NCBI RefSeq assembly: GCF_004010195.1
Contig: NC_057719.1
Location: forward strand, 59,444,446-59,508,445
Length of the DNA: 64,000 nt
Reading direction: 5' to 3'
Source: Chiloscyllium plagiosum
Taxonomy: Eukaryota
Part shown: positions 38,456-52,107 of the stretch, piece after piece
Layout of the letters: each line of letters begins with the position of its first letter
Numbering within the stretch: the first letter of the stretch is position 1
The notes under the pieces: generated by a model
Seen by the model: the letters and a program-made list of their open reading frames with translations, nothing else
The model's database searches: none
Told to the model about the DNA's origin: nothing
Translations under genes and position numbers: made by a program

Positions 38456-38621
38456 CGGAGAAGCTAAAGGTGCTGCATGCTCTGTGTGGACAGCTGCTGA
38501 CTTTGGTTTCCACAAGGGATTTCATTGAAGATAATGTAGAGATCCTAAAGCAGACAAGACAGGAATTCAGAGAACTGAAAGCTGAACAACACCGCCGAGG
38601 GAGAGAAGAGGCTGCAGCAAG
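38456..38621 (+). CDS. BAZ1A: BAZ1A exon 15 (WHIM1)
   Basis: EKLKVLHALCGQLLTLVSTRDFIEDNVEILKQTRQEFRELKAEQHRRGREEAAA. Confidence 0.97.
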
Positions 38622-39102
38622 GTATGGTTTAAAAACATAAACCAGTGAAAATTGCTGCAGACTGGATATGTTATTACAATGAGTGAATCAATTACTTAAG
38701 TTCATCTATTGTGCATGAGGAATGTTCTATTTATGTAGTACATTTTTATACTACCCTGGGCTAGTTGCCAATCTGTTCAGATTAAATTAATTTAGTTTGT
38801 GGCACAGCCACTCTTCTATGTGCAAGAAGTTTGTCTGTCTCTACGCAGACAGCAAGGTTTCAGCAATTGACATTGACAAATAATCGGTCAGTTTGTGGTA
38901 TTGGCTGCAAATGAAATTCAGGTAACATGCAAAGAAGTCCTTTTTAAACCATGTGACTTGAACCAGCAAATTCCATTTGCAGTACTTATGGCTTAAGCTG
39001 AATGTCTGTAATGAGCACCTTTCTCCCCGGTGCGCACACCCTTGCTTCCCCAGGTCAATTTTATTCATTTCACCATTGACTCTACGGTTATGTTCAACTT
39101 GG

Positions 39103-39302
39103 CGAAAGTGAGTACTGCAGATGCTGGAAATCAGTCAAGATTAGCATGGTGTTGGAAAGGCACAGCAGGTCAGGCAGCATCAAAGGAGCTGGAAAACTAA
39201 CACTTCGGGCAAAAGCCCTTCCTGATGAAATGTCGATTTTCCTGCTTCTCGGATGTTGACTGAACTGCTGTGCTTTTCCAGCACCAAGCTAATCTTGACT
39301 CT
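39103..39302. mobile_element. Short palindromic non-autonomous Penelope-terminal-repeat element
   Basis: Arms 39133-~39197 and ~39235-39300 are inverted repeats; centre GGGCAAAAGCCC-TTC-CTGATGA-AATGTC. Confidence 0.75.
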
Positions 39303-39838
39303 GCACAGTTATGGTGAGGTCTGTTTACTAAATAGTATGTACTTGGCAAATGATTAATCTTCCTTCATTCACCACCTCGTTTCATCTCATTTAGACCATG
39401 TCTTGAGTGTATTACCAGTCACTTATATTTTATTTAGCAATTCAATTTTCATAAGCTTTACACTTCCAATGAACGAGATAAACAGATGATTGCAAGCTGA
39501 TTTGGTGAAGTTTGACTAAAACGAGCTTGGAGGTCTTTCTTTTTGAAAATCCACATCCGGTACATTTGGCTGCCAAGTGTTTCAGGCTACTGATGTTAAG
39601 ATATTTCCCTTCTATAACCGGTCTTCCAAATGTAGTTCTCTTGCTATTTGCTGCTTTTGTTTATTTCTAACTTAAAATCTATGATTTATCCTTTGAAAAA
39701 CAGGAAAAATGATTTCTCTCCATGGTAGAAAAGAAAGCTTAACGACACCCATCTGACCCTGACAATATTCTAAAACACTTGCTGTGCTGTTGTCTTTGTA
39801 CTCTCTTTGTAAAATAAAATTTATGTCTGTGTTTATAG

Positions 39839-39946
39839 ATATCGCAAGAAAAAAGAAGAGCGCCTGAAAGAACAAGAACAAAAGATCAGGGATAGACATG
39901 AACAAATAAAAGAGGAAGAACAGAGAAACTCAAAAGCAAGTGCAAT
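39839..39946 (+). CDS. BAZ1A: BAZ1A exon 16
   Basis: YRKKKEERLKEQEQKIRDRHEQIKEEEQRNSKASA; AG/GTAAGT. Confidence 0.95.
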
Positions 39947-40404
39947 GTAAGTTTTTCTTGTAAGTTGATATTTGACGAAAAGCATGCGCAAGGATATGAT
40001 GGATGTTTGCAACACATACTATGTGTTGTAGGTACATTTTGCTCCAGTTGTAATGTTTTATGAAGCAACAGGAGTTGAATCCAGAGTTGAGGTTTTAAAA
40101 GTTTGTTGATAGACCACTCTAGTTGTCCAAATTGTCCAAGATACTAAAAAGCATAGTCTCAGTGCCATGTTGGGAAGAGGGAAAGATCAGATGGCGCATC
40201 TTTTTAAACTTGAGATGGCTGATAAGACAGCAAGAGTTTTGTGAAGGATCGTGGCAAAATGAGTTCCCATTAACAAAGAAGCAAAAGATGAGCAGCTAGT
40301 CTATTCTAAAGTATCCGAGGTTCTACCTTGGAAAGTAAGACTGGAGGCAAGCACTAAAATTGACATGAGTGGATATTCTCAGTCATGGCAAGGTGATGAC
40401 ATCT

Positions 40405-40550
40405 GAGTGGTGTTGTCGCTGGACTATTAATCCAGAGACCCAGCAAATGTCCTGGGGACCAGAGTTTGAATCCCACCATGTCAGATGTTGGAATTTGAAT
40501 TGAGTAAAACAAAATCTGGAATTAAGTGTCTAATGATGATCGTACATCCA
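40405..40550 (+). mobile_element. Old tRNA-derived SINE head (SacSINE1/DeuSINE-like; related remnants ~26990-27250 and ~44030-44440)
   Basis: GGACTATTAATCCAGAGACCCAG...GAGTTTGAATCCCACCATG..AGATGTTGGAATTTGAATT...AAATCTGGAATTAA; family assignment from recall. Confidence 0.5.
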
Positions 40551-41199
40551 TGTTGTGTTAACCTAAATAGCAAAATGCATGCCCTCTGTTCTGATATAAT
40601 GCAATAGTTCCATTCCTGTGCGATCCCATGTTAAAGAAAATTGCATGATAGTAGTACCATTTAAACAATAGGACTGGAATTGAGCTTTAGCCAATACAAG
40701 TAAGGAAAGTTTGCATTGTACAAATGGTCTAAATTCTTCAATTGCGTTCCAGCTAATTCGCGTTGAAGAAAAGTGTTATAGCAAAGTTGACTGTACATAG
40801 TAACTACCTTTCGTGACAACTTGAAGACAGACCACAGAGGTTTCAAATTAAGTGGGCAACACGGGGACAGATGGATTCTAAGACAAATAGCAAGGGTAGA
40901 AAAACAGCATATTATTCGAAAGCGATTAAACTTCATTGTCAATGGTCAAAGATTTGGGTGTACTTTTAGAAGGAAGGCAAGTCAGCATGCAGGCAAAGCA
41001 AGCAATTGAGAGAGAACTTTGGTTTATAAGCTGAGGAAGCTTTGTTATGAGAGGCTGTATTGCCTTGAGTTTAGGAGATTCTAAAGGTACTTTACTGTAA
41101 AAGCATGAAGGGTATATTTTGCCTGACTCAGATCAAGAATGTGGAGACAGTCTCAGAATGATGGTGTAAGCATCTTTAATTGAGAAATCTCTTATCCAG

Positions 41200-42000
41200 A
41201 GATCATCGGGCCGAAGTAGAATATTAATTGCATCAGGTCTCCTCTGCCTATTCAATGAAATCATTGTCTGATTTTGATAACTCTCTAAACTTCACTTTCA
41301 GCATAATTCTTGATTCCCTTACTGATTTCAAATCTTTGTCTCAGCTTTGAATGTACTTGGCGACTCCACCTTGTCAGCCGTTGAATTCGTTGGATTCACA
41401 AATCAATAAAAAATGTCTGAAATGGGCTGACTCATTGTTCTGAAATTAAGTTGTCCAGTCCTACATTCTCCCACAAAAGTTAACACATCTTTGCATCTTT
41501 CCTGTTATACCATCAATGATGAGACTTTACTGAAACATAGTAACTTTATTCTCTCATTCTCCTCCTCCTAAATTGCAATGAGTATAAACTCAACCTACTC
41601 AGGCACTCCAAGAAAATCATTTTGTACCTCAGAGCAGCCTGCTGACTCCTCTGGATTGCCTCCAACAACAGTGTTTATTCCCTTTTTAAATAAGGGGACA
41701 AAAACTGTCCGCAGTATTCCAACTGATCGTTCGACTGGTTGATTGTACTGTATTAGCAAGACCCAAGTATTTTTATATTCCATTCTCCATGAAATAAGTC
41801 CAGTGTTCTACTTGTCTTCCCAATTACCTGTTGAGCTTGGATTCTAAATTTTTATTAATCATGCACGAGGGTTCCCAAATCCCCTCTGCTGCAATGTTTT
41901 GCAGTCTTTCCCCATTTAAATAATCACTCCTTGCTGCTTCCTGTCAAAGTGCAAAATCTTCATTTTCTCATACTTCATCTGCCAGATTTTTGCCCACTTA
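41200..42000 (-). mobile_element. Degenerate CR1 LINE 3' region
   Basis: CTGCCTATTCAATGAAATCATTG..., AAATAAGGGGACAAAAACTGTCCGCAGTATTCCA, CCCAAATCCCCTCTGC. Confidence 0.55.
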
Positions 42001-44953
42001 GCTTAACTTGTCTATTTGCTATCAGAATCTGTAATTTCCTCACTTGCCATCCCACGTGTTTTTGTCGACAGTACCTTTTTATTATTATCATGAGTGTTCT
42101 GCAAAGAAAATGGTCATTGAACTGAATTAATATGACCTGAAATAAAGACATAGTTGCTCTGTTACAGTGGTTGCTTCTGCAATTTAGTAATGGCTGGCTT
42201 CTCATCGGTTATTTTATGAAAGCTAGAATTGTTTTTGACAATGCAGTTTAGAGATCAATCTTACCTGGTTGGGTCCTTCGTGAAGTATCTTAGAATGTTA
42301 GTGAAATTAGTGTATGATTATTCATGGTTCATGTCTGAATTTTTTACCTTTATTGAAAGCTCTTGAATTTGTTTTTCTAAAAGTTAAATCTGACTCAGGG
42401 TTTAACCACCTCCGGATTCTTTTTCTACTGCATTTCTTGGTTTAAAGATGTGCTTTGTTATTTGTTCATTTCTGAGCTTGTTCTTCTTAGTTTTGGGGTA
42501 CATAATTACTTTACTTGAGTCTCATTGCACTGAATATGCCATAAAGCTTTGTTTGGGTGAAAGGGAAAACTATAAGCTAATCTGCCACTGTTGAGTGCTT
42601 ATTTTATATACCCACTGCTTCACCCAAATAAGCGCAGAAGTTAAACCAGGATTTGTGTTTACTGGCTTTGATGGACTTTCAAAGATGATGCCTTTTGCCA
42701 TTTTAGTCCAAAATTAATAATAGAGACTTAATTTAAGAGCCCAGGCTTTGAAGATTGCTGCACTTGTTAAAGACAAGTAACCTGATAGGTGTTGTAAGTG
42801 CAGTTTACCCTGCCATACTCTCATAATAGGTTTGTCGATGTGCTGGCGCCGAGGTGTATGTACGAGTGGGGCTCTGGAGTGCAACAAGTAGTTTGTCGGT
42901 CTGTGGGCCAGTGATTCCCAACCTTCTCCCTGCTGAAAGCTATGATGGACTCCCAGCTAGCTGAATGACTTTGGTGTATGTTTGTTTGGGCAGAGGCTAT
43001 CAGACTTCTGGAAGGGATGACATTTTTTGGTTTGTAGTGAAAAGGCAGCACAAGCCTGAAAAGAGCTTATTTTCCCTCGTTGTTTGTACAAGCTGTGACT
43101 TTACCTAAATCTGAGAGCTTTATAAATGTGAATCGGTCACTCTGTGCCTCCGACAAGCAAGTGAAACTAGAAAAAGCAAAGTCTACAAGCATCAATCCTG
43201 TCAGCAAAATGATTATCTTCGCAAGCCTTTTGGGCCGTGACCATAGCTTTTCCAATCTTTCCCTCTGTTCATAATGTTTGTTCTTTGTATGTGTTAGGAG
43301 ATATTGTACACTGATCAGAATTTTAATCAAGAGTTACTTCAAAGGTTCCTATTGATTATTTGTACTTAAAATCTATTCATCTGTATTAAACAGTATTCTT
43401 GAGTATGGAGACCTGGTCTGTGCTTTGTCAACTTGAGTCTAAACAGGAGATAAATTTGTATCGTTCTATAAAATTTTTAGGTTTTGTGATGACTCCAGAA
43501 ATAATGGGGGATTTAATTTTGAAAGCTAATCCAGTGAGGTGTAACAGCCTTGGACGGGAAATCACATGTTTTTGCTCCTAATTAGTAACATCTGATGAAA
43601 ATATTGGATGGAATAAAAGCAAAATATTTGAGACTCTAGAAACTGAAAATTAAAACAGATTTGAGGAATCCTGCAATTTGGTAAGTATCTGCAAAGAGGG
43701 TAATTAAGTCAATGTTTTGTTACATCTGGGCATTTCATGTCCGGGCAACTGTGCAGGATGTGGTGGAATCCAAGCTTGATCTTATCCAGTCAGTGATCTA
43801 CAAAATAGAGATGTCCTGAAGAAACTCAATAGGCCTGGCAACATCTGTGGAGAGGGTTCTGAAAAATCTTGGACTCAATGTTAACTCTGTTCCTGTCTCC
43901 ATAAGTACTTCCAGACGTCCAGAATTAGAAGTCATTGTGTTGGCACATTGAACAGAATCTGAGCGACTGTGGGCCATGCAGCTCACAGGAAACATTTGGT
44001 TATGATCTGGTCTTGTTGGTGGGTAGGCAAATGCAGTGGTAATGTGTTTGGACAAATAATTCAGAAGACCAGATGGTGGAATATGATTTGAGTAAAATCT
44101 GGAATTCTGAGATCTTCAAAGAAGGAAAATTGCTGTTCATGCCCAATCAAACTAGAGCAATGTAGTTGACTCTTGACTGTCACCTGAAGTGGCCTGGCAG
44201 ACCATTTAGTTGCATCAAACTGGAAAAAAATTTCCAAGGAATGAAACTGGATGGACCACCTAGGAATGGGAAATAGCGATAATTACTTTTACCCAGTGAC
44301 ACAAAGTACAGTCACCTTTGAGAACACATTTGTGGGAGTATGTAGTCCAAATAGTCTGCAGCATTTCTAGTAGGCAGTTCATCACCATCTTGAGGCCAAC
44401 TAAAGGTGGGAAACAAATCCTGGGCCACTGATGCACCTATGAATTTGAAACAACTGAGAATCAGAAGTTACGTTATCAAGTGGTAAGGTGAAGTGCTGTT
44501 CTTAGAGCTTGTATTTAGGTTTTATCTGGGTGATGCAAGGCTGTTGGAGAGGAAAGACTACATATTGAGGAGTGAATTGAAAAGTACAAGAAAAATCACA
44601 GTTTAGTTGGTGTCATTGGACCTCTGGATGGTGGGGGAAGAGGAGACTAGATGGTTTGAGTATTCAAAACTATGATATGGATTTCTGAACTCTTAGCTGA
44701 ATTGAAAGTTTTAGGCAACGTGCAGGAAATTAGAGTTGAGACCCAAGATGCAAGTTAATTAATCACAGAGCAGGCTTCTCCATTCTTGTGACCTGTTACT
44801 CTGACTTAGTTCCTTAAAACATGAGGGATATTTATTTGTGTTCACAGCATGGAATATAACTCGTACAATTCTCCAAGAAGAATAAAACATTCTTACTGGC
44901 TGGGGGATGTCTTTTTTGTTACCTTCGTGTAAATATGTCTTTTTCTTTTGAAG

Positions 44954-45084
44954 TGAAGAGGGCACAACTCAGGAAGAATTTGATACCAGCACAGAGAGCC
45001 ACGAGTCTGTTCACAAGGATAGAGGCCATGATACAGCAACAGAAGATGAGGAAGAATTGGGACCAAGTAAAAGGAATCAAAAAG
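44954..45084 (+). CDS. BAZ1A: BAZ1A exon 17
   Basis: EEGTTQEEFDTSTESHESVHKDRGHDTATEDEEELGPSKRNQK; phase 2-1 fits the neighbours. Confidence 0.88.
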
Positions 45085-45418
45085 GTTGAAAATCACATGC
45101 CTATTTCCTGTCTTGATGCTTCGTTTTCCATTTTGACATGCCAGGAAAATGTGTTTAAGTTCATTTTAAACTATCTTTTCATAGCAGCAAGTCTACGTAT
45201 GTGTGGTAAACAGTTGTCTTTTTTTTTATAATTGAATAATTGTTTGAAAGGGAAATGGGGAAAAGGTACTTTCAGCATAAATAACTTTAGTTACTGAAAT
45301 TTAAACATAGGCATTATGCCAAATGGGTACCTCCTTGTTACAATGTATAATTCAATGTATTGGGATACTGTATTTTGATTGATATTAGAAGCTTTCCAAC
45401 CTTTGTGTGTATACATAG

Positions 45419-46138
45419 GAAAGAAAACTCAAATTGGGTTTACAAGTGTCCAGAACCATGAAGAAATGGAAGAATCTGTGGTAGAAAGGAAGGAAGTCTT
45501 AACTCCAGAGGAAGAAGAAGCTTTGAAACATGAGCAGCAGAGAAAGGAGAAAGAACTTGGAGGAAAAATTCAAAATGCTACATCCTGCACCAATATTCTG
45601 CCTTTGGGCCGTGACCGTATGTACCGTAGGTATTGGGTATTAAATTCTGTGCCTGGCTTATTTGTGGAGGAAGACTATGAAGGTTTGATGGAGGACATGT
45701 TGCAGCCTTGTCCAGTCAAAACTCTAAGTGAGAACTTAGAGTCTCAGGGAAACAAACTTTATGATAAAGCACAAGGCAATGAATCCTCAGGGAACAGAGC
45801 TTCAGGGAAGATGGACCTAAAACAGCATGAGCCACATAACAATAGAAATGTTTCTCAGGACCAAAACACTCCAGGTTCTCCTTTGCAATCATTGCAGCCA
45901 TCTACCTCAAAACAGGACCAAATTCTTGATCCCAGTTATGTAGCAGAGTTGCACAGGCCAGTAAACAAGCCAAATCGATGGTGTTTTTACTCATCACCAG
46001 AACAATTAAATCAACTGATTGAAGCACTTAACTCAAGGGGAAATAGAGAGAATTCTTTGAAAGAAACTCTTCTCCAGGAGAAAGATCGATTAACTGAGTT
46101 GCTTACTAACTTTCCTGTGGAAAGATTCAACATTCCAG
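45419..46138 (+). CDS. BAZ1A: BAZ1A exon 18 (WHIM2/WHIM3, WSD)
   Basis: ILPLGRDRMYRRYWVLNSVPGLFVEEDY...NRWCFYSSPEQLNQLIEALNSRGNRENSLKETLLQEK. Confidence 0.97.
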
Positions 46139-48442
46139 GTAATGTCTTTATTATAATCGCAATTACTTAACGGCAACACATTCTTACAGATAAATATCAG
46201 AATACTGGGGCTTGGTGGTACAGAATTTAATCATTGCTGAAAAAAGATTCCTGTTGAAGCTTTTTGACTTGCATTCTTCAAGCTTACCAGTTTAGCAGGG
46301 AAACTGACATTTTACACTGAGGAGAATGTTGACTGTTTGACAGGTGGATCCTGATTGATCGAGGTATTACCATGGAGAATACGCCAGTTAATGATTGATT
46401 ATATAAACTGTTGGCTTTGTTTAAATTTAACCTAGACAACTTGACCTTGGTCTCAACATTGATGTGAGAAATGAACCACCAAATACCATCAGAGTTAAAA
46501 TGGTGGCCGTGAGTCTCCATGTTCTTGCTGTCATCAAGCCCTGTGTTCTTTTAAATATAGTTTCCAGTACATACAAGTGCATCACACTGCAATCTTGACT
46601 GATGGTCTGAAATTCTTTGTTTAATTCTTCTGAATCCAGACCATGTTTGCTGCCTTATCCTATTGTGAAATTGCACCAAATATTAGAGACTGCAACAAGG
46701 AATGTACTGACCATAACCAACCAGCTAAAGAATTGCAATCCTTGATAAAATCTGCTAGGTTTTGGACATAGGGCCTATGTGTGTGACATCTCACCAGCAC
46801 TAAATCATATGACGTTTTTCATGCGTTGGGTAAGATGTGGCCTTGCTGGCATTATCGTCTTGTAGTGTTGCACAGTAGCAACATGTTGGTCTTGTTCAAA
46901 CAAGTCCAGTTACCATGTGGTAACAATGAGAGTGGTATTTGCCATTGCTCGGATACTGCTGTCAAGCCAAAAAGACATTTCTGCCTATTATATAAAATAT
47001 TCATGGCATTTGAATTTCACTGCTGGTGTGATGTCAGAAATGTAGGTCATACATGACCAAGATTGGCAGATCATTGAAAATAAATCGCTTTTTCAGTGTG
47101 CAACAAGATTAGTATCTATAGCTTCCCAAAATTAACAAGTGTCCAAAATTAGTTATGATTATGCATTGGACAACGTTCATTGGATCATCCTCATTGTAAG
47201 AAGAACGAAGTTTAGTATAGTTAGTCTGGCATTACGTTGTACAATAAAAGCTAGGTATTCGTGCACGACACTCTGTTCTTTGCAAATGAAACAAACGTAC
47301 AGTTCTGTACTGATTTTGACCCAACAAAAGAAGTGATGGCTGTTTGCTAGTTCAATTCTCAGGGCAATATCCTGACTAATTGGAGCTCTCTCGCCTCTTT
47401 AAAAGTAAACCAAACCTGGCAATTAATTGTGTTCTCCATTGGTCATGCCTCAAAAATTAGCACCCTCCATTTACATTACGCATGTGTTAGTTTCCTCTTT
47501 AATTGGTATGTTTGCAGTTTGTCCTGATGAGTGCAAGGTGAAAATCTTCAGTGTCTCTTTTAGCAATACTGAAATACTATGCATTTTCATTTTACCTTTC
47601 AAAGTAACAGAATGAGTGGGTACTTTTGGATAAGCAGGGACAGAGTAATCCATAATCTGAGGTTATCTGTAATTCTCTGATTTTGATGTGAGCAATAAAT
47701 CCTGTTGTGCCTTTGGTATTTTAGTCGCTCATAGGTTAATGCAGTTTCATGTTCTGGGCAGCCACGTTGATTTCTTTTATTGCGGTTTTGTTTACATGTG
47801 ATGGGTTATTTGTCTGATGTTGAAACATGAATTTTTAAAATGATCCTTTTTTTTTCTAACTGCATGATGTTCAGATTTCAATGGCTAGCGTGATTCTGAA
47901 AATGACTTTTTAAATTTAGTCTTACTACCATTGCACTTCTGGTGACTTGATATAATCAAACTGCAGCTTAAAAATGTCCTTTGTGTTGTATAGTCATGTC
48001 ATCCATTCGAACAGCTTATAAAGTCACAGAATCATGGAGTATGGAAACAGACCCTTTGGTCCAACTTTTCCATACCTACCAAGTTTCCCACTTGCCTGTG
48101 TTTGGCCCATTTCCATCCAAACTTTTCTTTTTCATGTATCTACAATATCATTTAAACATAACTCTACCTGCATGTGGCACTTCGCGTCACACATGAATCT
48201 CCCTCTGGAAAAAAAATTGTCCCTCCGGTCCTTTTTAAATCTTGCTCCTCTCTCCTTACAAAATATGACCCTTAATTTTAAACAACCTCCCACTCCCATA
48301 CTAATTTCTGGGAGTACACGCTTCATTATACCTTGTCTAAAATCGTCCAGTTTATTGAGTAAATGTTTTCACCATTTCAAGTTTTTTTTTGTTTTGATTA
48401 AATTTGGAGCTACCATAGTTGTGTTAGTATGAAAATGGATCT

Positions 48443-48758
48443 ATGGTGTCGTGCGGCTCAGTGGTTAGCACTGCTGCCTCACAGCACCAGAGACCCAGGT
48501 TCGATTCCAGCCTTGGGCAACTGTCTGTGTGGAATTTGCACATTCTCCCAGTGTCTGCATGGGTTTCCTCTGGGTGCTCCGGTTTCCTCCCACAGTTCAC
48601 TGCAGGTCAGGTGAATTGGCCATTCTAAATTGCCCGTAGTGTTAGGTGCATTAGTCAGAGGGAAATGGGTCTGGGTGGGTAACTCTTCAGGAGGGTTGGT
48701 GTGGACCTGTTGGGCCAAAAGGCTTGTTTCCACACTGTGTAGGGAATCTAATCTAATC
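48443..48758 (+). mobile_element. HE1-like V-SINE
   Basis: GGCTCAGTGGTTAGCACTGCTGCCTCACAGC..GGTTCGATTCC, V-domain, (AATCT)3 tail. Confidence 0.9.
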
Positions 48759-48928
48759 TTTTTACCCTGATTATAGTAGTGTTGGGGTAGGGTTGGAAAT
48801 TATTTTATTCAAGAGGCGACGTCTGACATTTTGGACAGAAAGTTTGAAAAGTGGGGGTGGAGGGGGTAATGGAATGGTTTGCCAGTATTGGATAGTACGC
48901 ATCAAGCTAATGCAATGCTGACTTACAG

Positions 48929-49095
48929 ATAAGGCTTTAGAGGAGAGCAAGAATGTTCGCAGTACTTCAAAAGGTGTTCCGACTGTGCATGACACTTCTG
49001 TGTTACCTGCTGAGAAGCAACTTGAATTGCGATTGAAGGATCTATTGCTGGATATTGAAGATCGAACTTGGCAAGGAACTCTTGGAGGAATAAAA
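48929..49095 (+). CDS. BAZ1A: BAZ1A exon 19
   Basis: ...LPAEKQLELRLKDLLLDIEDRTWQGTLGGIK. Confidence 0.95.
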
Positions 49096-50293
49096 GTATG
49101 CATTATATAATCAAGTTCTATGAATGAGTTTGGAATCGGTCTTTTTATGATCTGTTGAGAATTTTCTTTGTCTGAAGGGTATTTTCTGTGCAATTTTCTT
49201 AAATAACAACAAAAACCTGATCAATTTCTTCCGCTATTTCCTATTTCTTGGCTTTGAATTCTTAGCTTCCATCTTCCCTCTTGTTAATAAACTTTGTGAT
49301 AATGCTCATTACAAGTATTGATTTTTGGGAGCATATTGCCAGTTGCTCTCACTTAAACTTTAGGGAAACCAATTAAAGAAAGCTGGTAGTCTTACAGGTT
49401 TTGAAGTATAGGTGTCCCCTCTTTAATCCATGTTCTAATGGATATATTTTAATGTTAGTGCCATTCAAATATGTTGTGTTCCCTTTCTTGGTTTCGCACA
49501 GTGACTGAGCACACTGTCATTTTTAAAAAGAGGTTGCTGCTTCTTTCCAGCTATCATCTTGGCCCATGACTTCATAAAGTTCAAGTAGTGAGCAGGAAGA
49601 GTAAGTATGTTTTAAATGTGGGATAGCTACAATTATGGGGAAGGCTGTTATAAATGGAACGAGTAAAAAGGGGGGGCAAAAACATAATGGCAAAGAGCCA
49701 GTGGAAGAGGTCTGAAAATGTCATGAGAGATGAACTTTGAGGGGAGAAGACAAAATGAGTGAAGTCAAGAATAAAGACACAGATGGCACTTCAGTGGATA
49801 TGGAGGAAAAAAAGCTACATTTGGAATTTACATGGAGCTGCAAATTTGTTTGAACCCCAACACTGCAATACATAGAGCTTTCACTTGATAGGTTTGCATA
49901 AGACATTGTCAAGCGAAACATGTCCTTTTGTGAAACATTTTTCCGCATTTGGTGCAAACGTTTTTTGTTTGAGGTTTTTCATGCGAGCTTGCAGCTTGTT
50001 GTGAAGGCAATTGGTAATCTCAATTTGTCAATAATGGGCTAGAAAGGTAAGTGCAATTATGGGTAGTTGAACTGTCTTTAATCATAAGTAGATATAAAGT
50101 TTTAAGAATAGCTGTGACAATATGTTGTGTATTTAGTGTTAGAAATTTACAATGTACATGAAATTTGCAATGTGTGCACTTATTTTCAATTACTAAGTTT
50201 TATACTAAAAATCTAAGTTATGATCTTGGGTGTGAACTAACTGTTTATTTGTTTGAAATAGAATGCCTAAGAAACATATTTTTGTTTGAGCAG

Positions 50294-50484
50294 GTAATGG
50301 AGCGATATGCTTGGCGAGAAGCACTAGAAACTAGACAGTATGAATTGTTGACTGAAGCAACTTCTGCACAAAATGGTATTCGAATATTGGAAAATGGTTT
50401 TAAGGAAAATGGAGCAATAAAATTTGAGGGGGAAGAAGCAAAAGAACTTGAAGGCATAAATAATAGATATAACTCAAAAGACAG
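50294..50484 (+). CDS. BAZ1A: BAZ1A exon 20
   Basis: VMERYAWREALETRQYELL...KENGAIK...SKDR. Confidence 0.9.
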
Positions 50485-51052
50485 GTATGATAAACATGTT
50501 TTCTTCTGAGTCAAAATTCTAACTGAATACTTGTCTTCTAATAACTGATGACAAGAATTAGAGGGTCACAATTCTTGCTGTGTGATTTTAAAAATCTGTT
50601 CCTTCCATTTCAATAGAGTGTTATTGTCATTGGATCGAGCATATCTGGGATATAACATTAGCGTTACTAGTGTGCACCAGAGTGCAAGCTGAGCTCTCTA
50701 TCCTTACACATTTGATGATGTCTCTTGAAGTGATATATACTTTTGTAATGTTTACTTGTATTGAAATAGTTAAGAATTTCAGGGATTCTATTAAATTAAA
50801 AATTTGTTCTGGCTTTGCTGAACTTGAGGAGCTCTAGGTTAACAGAAGACAAGAGTGTCTCTTATTTTTTTGACTTTCATTTAATAGTCTCATTACTGCT
50901 TTCACAATACTTGAAATACTTCCAATTCAGGCTGAATTGCTGCCTTGGCAAAGAATTTCACAATGCTCTCCATGTTCTGTTTTTCCACATTTTCTCAGAC
51001 TAGTATCATTGAGTTATTCTGCATTTTTACAGACCTATTGTTTCATTATCTT

Positions 51053-51363
51053 TGATTAGATTAGATTACTTAGTGTGGAAACAGGCCCTTCGGCCCAAGA
51101 AATCCACACCGACCCGCCAAAGCGCAACCCACCCATACCCCTACATTTACCCCTTCCCTAACACTACGGGCAATTTAGCATGGCCAATTCACCTGACCTG
51201 CACATCTTTGGACTGTGGGAGGAAACCGGAGCACCCGGAGGAAACCCACGCAGACACGGGGAGAACGTGCAAACTCCACACAGTCGCCTGAGGTGGGAAT
51301 TGAACCCAGGTCTCTGGCGCTGTGAGGCAACAGTGCTAACCACTGTGCCACCGTGCCACCCAC
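51053..51363 (-). mobile_element. HE1-like V-SINE, young full-length copy
   Basis: Reverse complement of tRNA head, V-domain and (AATCT)n tail; many CpGs retained. Confidence 0.9.
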
Positions 51364-51958
51364 CAATGCTTTGAGATTTGTTGTGTTTAAGCTCTTAACT
51401 GAGTATCTTCAGTTTATTTTAGGCTCAAATACATGCCTTTTAAACTGTCCTTACATTACAAAGAAAAATACTTGAATCAATTTCGCTTTGTCACATATAC
51501 TGAAATGAGTACAGTGAAAAGTTTACAATCGCTACATTACATCATTAGGTACATCTTTGGTACAAAGGTATTGAGGTACAGATTCTTAAGATCAAATTGT
51601 TAGAAAACACAAAAGTAGGAAATTAAAATCAATAGTTCAACATTATAGGTCATAGAAATAATTTATTAAAGTAGCAAGTTCAGAAATATCAGTCTTTCCA
51701 ACCCAGTCTATGCCAGCACCTAACATTAAGGGAGACCACCACTACCTCGTCTCCACCTGTGCCAGACCCACCAACGAAGGAATTGCTCCACTTGCCCAGC
51801 AGCCAAGGCTTCCCCTTAAGCTAATAGAGTTTATTTAATGTGAAATCCAAGTAATAATTTCATCATTTGAATAACTTGTAACTATAGTGAGATCTATAGG
51901 TTGCAAATCATTTATGATTTGCTGATGCTGTCTTAACAATTTTTGGTTTACGATTCAG

Positions 51959-52107
51959 GCCTTCAGAATCCAAGACTGAAATGAGAAGTTCTGCATCCAC
52001 CAGTGCTAGTACTCCACAGCCTATAAACTCTGCGGTGCATTACCTGGCTATTGCTTTGCTTCAGTTGGAGCAGGGTATCGAGCGCAAGTTCCTGAAGCCT
52101 CCTTTGG
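51959..52107 (+). CDS. BAZ1A: BAZ1A exon 21
   Basis: PSESKTEMRSSASTSASTPQPINSAVHYLAIALLQLEQGIERKFLKPPL. Confidence 0.95.

Noticed and set aside
43228..43242. 14-nt match (TTTGGGCCGTGACC) to exon 18 at ~45603
   Set aside because: No flanking similarity or splice sites; compatible with chance
45379..46170. 263-aa ORF as a stand-alone gene
   Set aside because: It is BAZ1A exon 18 plus intronic read-through on both sides
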